Positions 29,344-37,922 of a DNA stretch of 64,000 nucleotides are shown piece by piece (position 1 is the first letter of the stretch; every line of letters starts with the position of its first letter). The notes under the pieces are model-generated. The model was given only the letters and a program-made list of their open reading frames with translations. It searched no databases and had not been told where the DNA came from. Both the position numbers and the translations under genes were made by a program. Source of the DNA: Vulcanimicrobiota bacterium (GTDB taxonomy: Bacteria > Vulcanimicrobiota > Vulcanimicrobiia > Vulcanimicrobiales > Vulcanimicrobiaceae); assembly GCA_963823795.1 (NCBI GenBank), contig CAWGMX010000003.1, forward strand, positions 317,180 to 381,179. Reading direction: 5' to 3'.

Positions 29344-30714
29344 TTAGGGCTGCAAAGCAAAGATCGTTCCATAGGTACAATATCCGTCGGATCTTGGGCA
29401 GCTCGGGAGGTTAACGCCGCCCCCGTAGGTTGCGCCATAAAGCGTGCCGTTTACTTCAGTTAAGCCCGACAAGGGATCGATTCCATCATATTGATAACTT
29501 CCAAAACTGTGTAACACGCGTTCCCGGCCGGCTCCGCTTAAGCGGAAGACGGTTCCCTCGCCCTCCGCACCTCCAGTTGACGTCGTGCCGTACAGCACGC
29601 CGTTCACCATAGTCACGGGCGCAACGGGGGCGGATCCGTCAGAGCCATTGGTGCTAAAGCTGTGCAACACGCGCTGATCCTTGCCACTCAAGGTCATGCT
29701 GAAGACCGCTCCCGAGCCGGTAGCGCCCCCGCCTCCGGTCGTGCCGTAGAGCGTTCCGGTCGCAGCAATTAGGCCTGCGTCCGGGTACGCGCCATCTGGA
29801 CCCTTGAACCTGTGTAACACGTGCTCTCTGCCGGCAGTACTTATTTTGAAGACCGTTCCGAAGCCATGCCCGCCGACCTGAGTTGTGCCAAACAACGAGC
29901 CGTTCACATTGACTAGCATTGCCAGCGGATTAGCGCCGTCGGTGCCCGTGCCGAAACTATGCAGTACTCGCTCGATCGAACCAGTCTCGCTTATAGCAAA
30001 GACGGTTCCTTTGCTGTATGCGCCGCCCTCGTACGTCGTGCCGTAGAGCCTCGTTCTGAAAGCAATCAAACCCGCCCGCGGTTGTGCTCCGTCGGTAGCG
30101 TAACCGAAGCTATGCAACACTTTCTCTTTGCCTGCCCTAGTTATGCTAAAGACCGTTCCGCCGTTGTAGGTGCCGCCCTCGCTTGTCGTACCGTAGAGCG
30201 TCCCATTCACGGTTACCAGATCCGCGACGGGCTCCGCTCCATCAGGACTACCCGTGAAGCTATGTAGTACGACCTCCTTACCGGAAGCGGTGACCCTGAA
30301 AACCGTTCCATCGCCATGTGCATACCCCGCTGCCCCGCCGTATTCCGTCGTACCATAGAACACGCCCATTAAGGTGATAAGGTCCGCCGTGGGAGAGACT
30401 CCATCGTAGCCGTTTACATTGCTACCGAAGCTGAAGAGCACTTTATATTTAGAAGACGTTGAAGATGGGTCCAAGGAACGGGCCGCTGCGGGCAGCGGCC
30501 ACGATTCGCTCGAACGCGAACAGCCTGCAAACATCGTGGCGCTAAGCATCAACACCACAAAAGTGCAGAGAATGGGGCCAGTCACTAGGGGTTTTAACGT
30601 TTGATGGACATGGGTTCGATTTCTCAGCGCGGTCCGCACCGTAGTGGAACGGCGGCGTCGAACCCGCGCGCCCAAATAAGATCTAGATCCCGAAGCAGGC
30701 ATAGGTAATTCCAA
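29344..30714 (-). CDS. Lipoprotein with about 8 Gloeo_Verruco (GloVer)-type repeats
   Basis: 456 aa with lipobox MFAGC. Repeat unit of about 45 aa: VLHSF..G.DGA.P.A.L....G.LYGTT..GG....GTVF. Confidence 0.7.
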   Translation of the reverse strand: MELPMPASGSRSYLGARVRRRRSTTVRTALRNRTHVHQTLKPLVTGPILCTFVVLMLSATMFAGCSRSSESWPLPAAARSLDPSSTSSKYKVLFSFGSNVNGYDGVSPTADLITLMGVFYGTTEYGGAAGYAHGDGTVFRVTASGKEVVLHSFTGSPDGAEPVADLVTVNGTLYGTTSEGGTYNGGTVFSITRAGKEKVLHSFGYATDGAQPRAGLIAFRTRLYGTTYEGGAYSKGTVFAISETGSIERVLHSFGTGTDGANPLAMLVNVNGSLFGTTQVGGHGFGTVFKISTAGREHVLHRFKGPDGAYPDAGLIAATGTLYGTTGGGGATGSGAVFSMTLSGKDQRVLHSFSTNGSDGSAPVAPVTMVNGVLYGTTSTGGAEGEGTVFRLSGAGRERVLHSFGSYQYDGIDPLSGLTEVNGTLYGATYGGGVNLPSCPRSDGYCTYGTIFALQP

Positions 30715-31867
30715 GGGTAGTGTCGTTTGCGATGGGGCTTCCAGAACTGTTGTAGGCTTGAATGTTGAAGCCGCTAGGCGTCTGGCTATCGGCGGCGAGG
30801 TTAATAAGGTACGACGACGTCGAACTCAGGATGCAGGTGTATTTGTCATTTGCAAATTCAGCGTTGGCGCCGGTAAAGCTGATGCTGGCATTGTTTAAGG
30901 CGCACCAACTGCCGTTCGCGCAACCTCCGTTGGGGGTGATATTGAGAGCACTGGCATTCTTGACGATATGAAAGGTATCGGTGCACGAGCTGCCATCAGG
31001 TCCGTAGCACGGCCCAGCCGGGCCTGGCGTCGCATTGAACGAAACCGCGGACATCAGCGGCCCGCCAATGTGCAGCGGCGCGTTACACGTGAGGGTGCTC
31101 GCCGTCGTTTCACCATAGTCGCACTTCGCGTAATTTGACACGCTTCCCAGGAGGACATCACCCTCACCTGCGCCCGTGTAGGATACGAGGGACCCGTGAG
31201 AATACGATGGTAATGGGTTCGGGCTGCCGTCGCCGGCGCCGGCGATAATTGTTGAGCCCGCAAACAGATTTGTTATGACCCCGAAATTGCCGTTTCCATC
31301 AACGGCGACGAAAAACCCGTCATTGGTGACGGGCAACGGGCTCACCATGACCGTCACGCCGAAAGCCTGATTTGAGATTCCTCCCGGACAATATCCGGGA
31401 CAATCATCCGCCGCCCCATGATGCGTGTAGGATGTACCCGTTGAGCCGGGGTGGGGCGTATTAACATCATTCCCGTACGCAAGATAATGATGCGACTGCG
31501 CTCCAGGAGATCCGAAGCAGACAAAATAACAAAGCCCGGTATCAAGAATACCGGTGCCGGACGGTTGATACTCAAAAGCATTGATTCCGGTGTTATAAAT
31601 GTTGCCTGCTCCCCAAGCTCCTCCAATACCAACGTAAGGCGACGGGGTCACCATCGGCAAAACCGACGTGGCCCACGGGAGATAGCTGGGTGGGTCTTCT
31701 GGGAAAGCGTCTGACAGTGCCACACGACTAACAACCGAGGATTGCCCGGAACCGTGGGCGCTTGCGCCGAGATAAAGCGACACCACGGCGATCAGCACGC
31801 CGAGCATGATCACCAGACGTTGCACCCTGTGCGTGGAAGGCCTGTTCTTACGCTCCAAAACAGGCAT
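30683..31867 (-). CDS. Membrane-anchored/secreted Gly-Ser-Asn-Cys-rich protein, paralogue 1
   Basis: Start set at the ATG at 31867 (MPVLERKNRPSTHRVQRLVIMLGVLIAVVSLYLGASAHG). About 140 C-terminal residues are shared with the next gene (CNAPL..GP..S.......GP.GPCY...GS.C..TFH.VKN.S.L.IT..G.C....WC.LNNASIS.TGANA.FAND.Y.C.LSS.S.YLI.L.A..QT..GF.IQAYN.SGS.IA....LG..YACFG). Confidence 0.6.
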   Translation of the reverse strand: MPVLERKNRPSTHRVQRLVIMLGVLIAVVSLYLGASAHGSGQSSVVSRVALSDAFPEDPPSYLPWATSVLPMVTPSPYVGIGGAWGAGNIYNTGINAFEYQPSGTGILDTGLCYFVCFGSPGAQSHHYLAYGNDVNTPHPGSTGTSYTHHGAADDCPGYCPGGISNQAFGVTVMVSPLPVTNDGFFVAVDGNGNFGVITNLFAGSTIIAGAGDGSPNPLPSYSHGSLVSYTGAGEGDVLLGSVSNYAKCDYGETTASTLTCNAPLHIGGPLMSAVSFNATPGPAGPCYGPDGSSCTDTFHIVKNASALNITPNGGCANGSWCALNNASISFTGANAEFANDKYTCILSSTSSYLINLAADSQTPSGFNIQAYNSSGSPIANDTTLGITYACFGI

Positions 31868-33003
31868 AGGCGACGCCGAGGTCCGTGCCGCTCGCGATGG
31901 AACTTCCCGAATTGTTGTAGGCTTGTATTTCGAAGCCTGTTGTCGTCTGATTATTTGCGAGTAGGCTAATGAGATAAGTGGATAGCGAGCTGAGCGAACA
32001 GGAATACTGGTCGTTTGCAAACTGAGCGTTAGCGCCGGTAATACTAATGCTGGCGTTGTTCAACGTACACCAAGTATCGTTAGGGCATGCGCCGCTTGTC
32101 GTTATGTCGAGGCCGCTGCTGTTCTTTACGACGTGGAATGTGTTCGCGCACGGGCTACCGCTATAAGCGTAGCACGGACCGACCGGTCCGAGCGCTGCTG
32201 TCGTGGAAACCCCAGACTTCACGGGTCCATTGACGTTGAGCGGTGCGTTGCAGCTAAGCTTACTCGGCGCCGACTCGCCGTAGTCGCACTTCACGTAGTT
32301 ACCTGAGCTCCCGAGCAGAATATCGCCAGTATCCGGCTTCTCACTAGTGCCGGTGTACGATACTAGTGATCCTGGAGACGGCGGGGGCACCGGGTTAGGC
32401 GAGGTACCTGCTCCCGCGACAACTGCTGCCCCTGCATAGATGTTGTTAAAAACCGCGAAATTCGCGCTGGCATCAATCGCTACCAACACCGTAGGTGTGG
32501 CCGTGGGAGAAGCGTATCCCTCTATACTAAAAACCTGATCGCTGATTCCACCAGGGCAAAGGCGCGGACCGCTGGTCGAGCAGTCATCCGGCGCTCCAAT
32601 GGTCGTAAAAGAATAGGAGTTGGGAGATGAAACGTCATTTCCAACCGCAATTACATTAGACGACGCTACTCCTGGCACCCCATAGCAAAGGAACGCGCAA
32701 ATTCGTACCGAGCACGCCAGTGCCTGGGCTACCGAAGCCATTTGTGGCCGTGTTATAGATATTGCCCGCACCTAGAGCGCCTCCGATCCCAACATAGGCT
32801 GACGTAATCGGACTTGGCCACGGCGAGGCCATGTTGTACCACGTGACGTAGTTCGGGGTAGGGGCCTGCGCAACGAGAGTCGTAGCCGGTCGCGTTGGTC
32901 CTGCGCTTGCACCCACGCAAAGCGCGATGGTTGTCGCGAGCACTGCGAGCATGATGGCCAGGCGTTGAATCACCGATACGCTCCGCAAAGCAAAAAAAGA
33001 CAT
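31848..33003 (-). pseudogene. Paralogue 2 of the Gly-Ser-Asn-Cys-rich secreted protein, one frameshift
   Basis: The N-terminal part (ATG at 33003, MSFFALRSVSVIQRLAIMLAVLATTIALCVGASAG...NGFGSPGTGVLGT) is in the frame of ORF 32656-33207. It continues as ICAFLCYGVPGVASSNVIAVGNDV... in the frame of ORF 31848-32771. The junction is near 32695-32712. Confidence 0.55.
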
Positions 33004-33327
33004 CGAAATCTTCGGCGCCCCCTGCCGGCCCTCCCCCGAGCAAACGGTTCGAGCAGTTATCGAAGGAGAGTTAGGGGCTGAACAGCACCGGCGTTTGGCA
33101 GCGGTCTCCGCAGCGCGAGAGACCACGAGCGTCGCGGCCGATGCCGGCGCCTGTAGCCGTCTTTCAGAGAGTGTGACGAACCCCCTTACGTGTTTTTTGG
33201 GGCGCACTGCTGTGACTGGGAGGGGCGCCGTTTCGAGCCCCGTCCTCTATGCCCCGTTAGCCTCCCCCTTCAGGCAGCCCTTTGCATTCTTGCTCAGCAA
33301 AGCCATCGACGTTGATAGCAAACGGGG

Positions 33328-33684
33328 TTATAACCCCAGGTCTCGGTTGTTGCCAGTGACAGCGAGCTGGGCCGAAGACGTTCCGAGAAGCCACTGCTTG
33401 CGTAGATTGGCCGGAACGACGATGAGGATACGGCGTTTGCCCTCTGCCCAGCGCTGAGAGATTACTAGCCCAGCCTCAATCGTCTTGCCTAGACCCACCT
33501 CGTCGGCAAGCAAAGCCCCCTTTGACAGCGGGGACGCGAAAGCGAAAAGAGCGGCGTCGACCTGGTGAGGATTTACGTCGACCTGTGCGCCGGCAACCGC
33601 GATGGCGAGGCGCTCCGTGCTATCGGAGGAGCGCCGTCGAATGAGATCGTGCGCAATGTATTTCGCTTGGTAATCGGTGATCAT
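33328..33684 (-). pseudogene. N-terminal fragment (~100 aa) of an SNF2-family helicase
   Basis: [14 protein letters not shown]...[12 protein letters not shown]...[20 protein letters not shown]...[13 protein letters not shown] covers helicase motifs I/Ia. The reading frame then degenerates and stops. SNF2 helicases are about 900 aa or longer. Confidence 0.6.
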
Positions 33685-33835
33685 TCTACGATTTCTGCTA
33701 ACGTATTAGTTGCGCTCATATTGTCAGGGTTGTAGTCCCAAGCCCTTTCTGACACCTCCGGTTCGGATTTCAGCACGGTCTGGCTCGGGGCAGCGACGCG
33801 CCAATTAGAGGATCGATGCTCCGCTTGCCACCTGA

Positions 33836-34849
33836 TCATTCGCGCCTCATATTCACTGCTCGCTCGAACGCACGAAGCGCACCGATTACTGAATCAAATG
33901 GCGGCGGATCGGTCAAAAACATCTGGCGCATGTTCCGATAATCTGCCGCGAGTTCGCGGAGGATCTCCGGATCCGGAACAACGACGAGTGAGCCCGGCTT
34001 CGCAAGGTCGTAGCGAGCCCAAGCGGCGTGATAGTATGAATCCTTGAAGACCCGGACGTCTTCCAACATGGCAAGATCGCGAGATGCTTCCTGCCCGATC
34101 CTTGTCCCCAACATCGCCGCTACGTCGGAATAGTGGCGCGAAAAAAACTGTTTGGGTTTGCCGCGGAAGCTCTCGGCGTGCAGGGCCGTTACCTTCTCCC
34201 AAAACGTCCGGTCGGGGACAAGAACGTTGCAGATTACCTGGGGCTCCTGCAGCAGCATCGGTATCTCGGCCAAATATGGAGCAATCGATCTGTGCTCGGC
34301 CGGAGCGGTCCTCGCGCGCCAGCCGAGTTCAATTTTCACGACGCTGCGGATATATGAATGTTCTCGATCGGGATCGCTCTTCGGGTAACTGAATAGCAAT
34401 GTATTGCGATCACTTTCATCTTGGCTAATACTCCACCCGGCGGCGGTGCCGAGTCGTTCCGCAAACTGGGCGCGCAACGCCGAGAGGAGAGCGCTACCGA
34501 TGTACGTCGCGCAGGCATCATCGAGTCGCGACATACGCTCGTCGCGCCACGTCTTGCTGATCCCGGGCTCCTCGGGGTCGGAGAGCCCTTGGGCGATGAA
34601 GAAGCTCGGATCGGTGACAACGTCAATATCTTCGGAGAATCTCGCGATCAAGCCGTAAGCCTTTGATAGCGAGGTACCACCCTTGAACGTTAGCGCCGCG
34701 TGTCCAGCCGGCAAATCAAAAAGCGCTTTCAGCGTCCAACAGACCCAGAAGTCCTTTTCGACGGTCGTGAAATCGACGTCCATTTGGATCGCCCGCTCCT
34801 GGATGATCTCACGGCGTTCCATGGCGGCTAGCCGCGCGAAGCTATCCAT
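33836..34849 (-). CDS. abiEii: AbiEii/AbiGii-family nucleotidyltransferase toxin (type IV TA)
   Basis: 337 aa with FKGGTSLSKAYGLIARFSEDIDV. Overlaps the upstream antitoxin gene by 8 nt. Confidence 0.85.
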   Translation of the reverse strand: MDSFARLAAMERREIIQERAIQMDVDFTTVEKDFWVCWTLKALFDLPAGHAALTFKGGTSLSKAYGLIARFSEDIDVVTDPSFFIAQGLSDPEEPGISKTWRDERMSRLDDACATYIGSALLSALRAQFAERLGTAAGWSISQDESDRNTLLFSYPKSDPDREHSYIRSVVKIELGWRARTAPAEHRSIAPYLAEIPMLLQEPQVICNVLVPDRTFWEKVTALHAESFRGKPKQFFSRHYSDVAAMLGTRIGQEASRDLAMLEDVRVFKDSYYHAAWARYDLAKPGSLVVVPDPEILRELAADYRNMRQMFLTDPPPFDSVIGALRAFERAVNMRRE

Positions 34850-35474
34850 GCGTCTCGCCCTCGTCCGCTAGAATCTTATCGATCAACCTCAGCATCCACG
34901 ACGGTGCTCGTCCCGCACGTTGCCTCAACCGCTTCGCGAGATCGTGCTCGCGAACGAAGGTGCGAAGCTTCGCAACTTCAACCTCGGTGGCGTTTGGTTT
35001 TCCGATCGCCTGCAGCGCGTCGATGACGAGCTCCGCCGGATCGGCATCGCGCGCAAGCGAGCGCGGGCCGGCGGTTCGTAGTCGGATGCGCTGGCCACCG
35101 ATGTTCAGCTCGCGCGGGAATAAGTTGGTACGATAGACGGGCCGCGCGACGACCTGGGTGGTGAGCCCGAGCCGGTTCGCGGCGTCGAGCTCGGGGCGCT
35201 CAATCTTCGCGCCGGTCTTCCGTTCATGGGCTGCGATGATCGCCTCAGGCGTTGGGCTCAGGGCGCCGATTCGCGGGTTAGTCTTCGGAACGTCGTAGTA
35301 GCCCTTGGACAGCCGACGGATCGTTCCGGCCTTTGCCAGACGACGCAGCGCCTGCCTGACGGCATCTTCGGAACCAAGCCGGTCGCGAACCAGTTCGGCC
35401 GGGGTGAAGACCGTGCCGGCGTCCAGCTTGCGAACGTACCGGCGGATCGCCCCAGCCACGGTCAGAACAGCCAT
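34842..35474 (-). CDS. abiEi: AbiEi-family antitoxin/transcriptional regulator (wHTH)
   Basis: 210 aa. N-terminal wHTH-like FTPAELVRDRLGSEDAVRQALRRLAKAGTIRRLSKGYYDVP. Paired with AbiEii. Confidence 0.8.
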   Translation of the reverse strand: MAVLTVAGAIRRYVRKLDAGTVFTPAELVRDRLGSEDAVRQALRRLAKAGTIRRLSKGYYDVPKTNPRIGALSPTPEAIIAAHERKTGAKIERPELDAANRLGLTTQVVARPVYRTNLFPRELNIGGQRIRLRTAGPRSLARDADPAELVIDALQAIGKPNATEVEVAKLRTFVREHDLAKRLRQRAGRAPSWMLRLIDKILADEGETHG

Positions 35475-35478
35475 AATA

Positions 35479-35508
35479 TGTCACATTTTACTATAGAAAA
35501 ATGTGACA
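35479..35508. promoter_or_regulatory. Near-perfect palindrome just upstream of abiEi (putative operator/promoter)
   Basis: TGTCACATTTTA-CTATAG-AAAAATGTGACA starts 5 nt upstream of the abiEi ATG (35472-35474). On the minus strand it contains TATAGT and TAAAAT -10-like hexamers. Confidence 0.5.
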
Positions 35509-36313
35509 GTCAACACCCTCGGGTCCGGCCTCAGGTCCCGGTACAGCCGCCCGGCTTCCCCAAACTGTCCATGGCATTGCTAAGGGCGTCCCAATGGCCA
35601 AATTTCTTTTGCCTGGGGCGCCACGAAAGGCCTTGCCTGCGATCGCTAGCGGGCTCACTCGCTGGGCGCTCTGTAACACGTGCCGACGCGGGCTGAGCGG
35701 ACCGTGAGGGCCGCGACCCCGCCCGGTCTGGTCGGGAGGACGGCGCCCGCAGGGCGTTGTCCGTACAACCACCGGCTTGCGTCATGAAAAGCCGTCGATG
35801 CCCGTCACGACAAAAGCCTACGCGAAGATGCCAGTTCGCTCAGCCAGGTGATGCGATCGAGCTGCGTTAGAGCAACGAAACGCAAAGCGATCGCACTGCA
35901 AGCGCAACGCCGGCTGCCACGGTTCTGATAACCGCGGAGCAACGCCACAGCAATGCTACGCGAATCGAGTGCAATGCCGGAGCATCAAGGGTGTCATGGA
36001 CGCGACGTCACGAGGTTCCACTGCACTGGGGCGACTCGCGCCCGAAAGAGGCTTGGCAGAGCGGACCAAGGGAAGGGCACGGAGCCGGGTTCATTGCCGA
36101 ACGCGACCGGGTCCAGGGTCTGCCCGTAAGGGCCGAGCGAAGCGAGCCCTGGACGCGGACGCTAAAATCTAAGTCGAGCCGGCTCCCTGCGGCACGACGC
36201 GTTGCGCGGTATAATGGGGGTGACGAATCGCATTTGACTTTCGCACGCATTATAATGCGGGTAAATCGCTCCGGAGCTTGCGCTCTGGGGCATTTTTGTT
36301 TTGGAGAGCCACG

Positions 36314-36673
36314 ATGGATAGGAACGGGCGACCGAGAGAAGCGCGTGGCGCGGTGACCGAACGCGACTTGCAGCAGGTCCTCCCCGGTATGGATGGCGAT
36401 GCGGGGTACGTAAGAAGTGACCGCCCGCATCCGATCACGCGAAAAACGAGAGTCGTTCGCTACGACGATCTACCCGAGGTACTGACGCCGAAGGAAGCCC
36501 AGGCGTTTCTACGCCTTGGCCGCAACGCGATCTACGCAGCGTTGCAAGACGGGCAGATCCGAAGCGTACGCGTCGGGCGGAAGTTCCTAATCCCCAAGAC
36601 CGCCCTGCGGGAGTTTCTGGACCGCCATGGCGAACACCCACGCGCTGGAATCCCCGTGAAAGGAACAACCTAA
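36314..36673 (+). CDS. xis: Excisionase-family helix-turn-helix DNA-binding protein
   Basis: ATG at 36314 lies after GGAGAG. LTPKEAQAFLRLGRNAIYAALQDGQIRSVRVGRKFLIPKTAL. Sits directly upstream of int, 1 nt from it. Confidence 0.65.
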   Translation: MDRNGRPREARGAVTERDLQQVLPGMDGDAGYVRSDRPHPITRKTRVVRYDDLPEVLTPKEAQAFLRLGRNAIYAALQDGQIRSVRVGRKFLIPKTALREFLDRHGEHPRAGIPVKGTT

Positions 36674-36674
36674 C

Positions 36675-37850
36675 ATGGGGTCAGTCAAGCGACTACGAGA
36701 TAAAGTCTATCGTATCGTCTACGATGTTCCGAGCACGGATGGAAAACGCAAACAAAAACGTAAGACACTCTATAACGTCACCAAATCAGAAGCCGAAGCG
36801 ACTCTTGCCAAGCGAAAGGAAAAGGCGAAGCATTCCGGCGCCGTTCGGATTCCCAACCTCACCGTCGCCGAGCTATTTGGCGAGTTCTTTCAAATCAAAC
36901 GGAGGACGCTCTCCACATCGGCGCTCGAACGCTACGAGGGAATGTTCCGCAACTACATCGGACCCGCGATCGGTAACGTCAGAGTGAGCGACCTACGACC
37001 GCAGCAACTGACCGACGCTTACGCAGAGTGGGCCGCCAAAGGGGTCAGCGGGAAGCCGCTGTCTGGCCGTACCGTCCACCACGCTCACGATCTCATCCGG
37101 TGCGCCCTGAACTTCGGCACGCGGCGGGAGTGGGTCACACGGAACGTTGCTACGTGTTTGGAATCCGAGGACTTACCGAAGGTGACGAAGCCGGAGCCGA
37201 TAGCCTTGGATGAGGCGGAGATGGCCACACTTCTCAGTGCGGCGCGCAATCCATCAGAGCGCGCCAAGCGATCCGGTGCCCCGAGCGCCGAGCCGTGGTT
37301 TTATTCCGCCGTCGCGTTCGCGCTATACACCGGAGCGAGGCGAGGAGAAGTCCTCGGACTCCGCTGGTCCGACGTAGACTTCGAATCCGACACCGTCACC
37401 ATCATGCGATCACTCACGCGAACCCATAGTCGGGGCCTGTTCTTCAAGGAGCCCAAAAGCGGTAAGGCGCGGACGATTACCATGCCCTGTACGCTCACCG
37501 CAATCTTGAAGCGACACCGAGAGGCGCAAGACGACGAGCGAAACATCGTTGGAGCCGGATACAAGGACGACGATCTCGTCTTTGCCCGGCCCGATGGTTT
37601 ACTCGTGAACCCTCGGAACTTCGGGAACAGGGTAATCGAGTTGGCGGCTCGGGCGAAGGTCACGCCGATCACGGCTCACTGCTTACGCGACACGCACGCA
37701 TCGCTTCTTGCGAAAAGAGGCGTGCCGCTGGAAGTGGTGAGCAAACGCCTCGGCCATGGCGATATCCGCGTGACGGCCGAACGCTACTTACATGTCTACA
37801 GGGAAAGCGATGCGGCAGCAGCGAGGGTGCTCGACAGCCTCCCCGCGTAG
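36675..37850 (+). CDS. int: Tyrosine-type site-specific integrase
   Basis: 391 aa. Catalytic region ALYTGARRGEVLGLRWSDVD ... HCLRDTHASLLAKRGVPLEVVSKRLGHGDIRVTAERYLHV (R..H-x-x-R..Y). Confidence 0.9.
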   Translation: MGSVKRLRDKVYRIVYDVPSTDGKRKQKRKTLYNVTKSEAEATLAKRKEKAKHSGAVRIPNLTVAELFGEFFQIKRRTLSTSALERYEGMFRNYIGPAIGNVRVSDLRPQQLTDAYAEWAAKGVSGKPLSGRTVHHAHDLIRCALNFGTRREWVTRNVATCLESEDLPKVTKPEPIALDEAEMATLLSAARNPSERAKRSGAPSAEPWFYSAVAFALYTGARRGEVLGLRWSDVDFESDTVTIMRSLTRTHSRGLFFKEPKSGKARTITMPCTLTAILKRHREAQDDERNIVGAGYKDDDLVFARPDGLLVNPRNFGNRVIELAARAKVTPITAHCLRDTHASLLAKRGVPLEVVSKRLGHGDIRVTAERYLHVYRESDAAAARVLDSLPA

Positions 37851-37868
37851 GCGGCGCCTCGCACCTCT

Positions 37869-37888
37869 GTGACAAATCCGTGACAAAT
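37869..37888. promoter_or_regulatory. Two direct GTGACAAAT repeats (putative arm-type recombinase sites)
   Basis: GTGACAAAT at 37869-37877 and 37880-37888, with 11-bp phasing, lies between the int stop and core D. Repeats A-C carry the related GTGACAAAATGTGAC. Confidence 0.35.
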
Positions 37889-37922
37889 CGGGGGTAGAAA
37901 CGAAGCTGGTGCGGCGGGAACA

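Noticed and set aside
36060-36110. GGAGCCGGGTTCATTGCCGAACGCGACCGGGTCC as a group II intron domain V.
   Set aside because: The two arms do not pair as required for domain V. There is no adjacent domain VI bulged A that I can place, and no reverse transcriptase/maturase ORF nearby.
36210-36256. Two TATAAT hexamers (36210-36215 and 36251-36256) as defined xis-int promoters.
   Set aside because: Neither has a -35 element at a workable spacing. TTGACT at 36234 is only 11 nt from the second hexamer. They are mentioned only as part of the intergenic-region finding.
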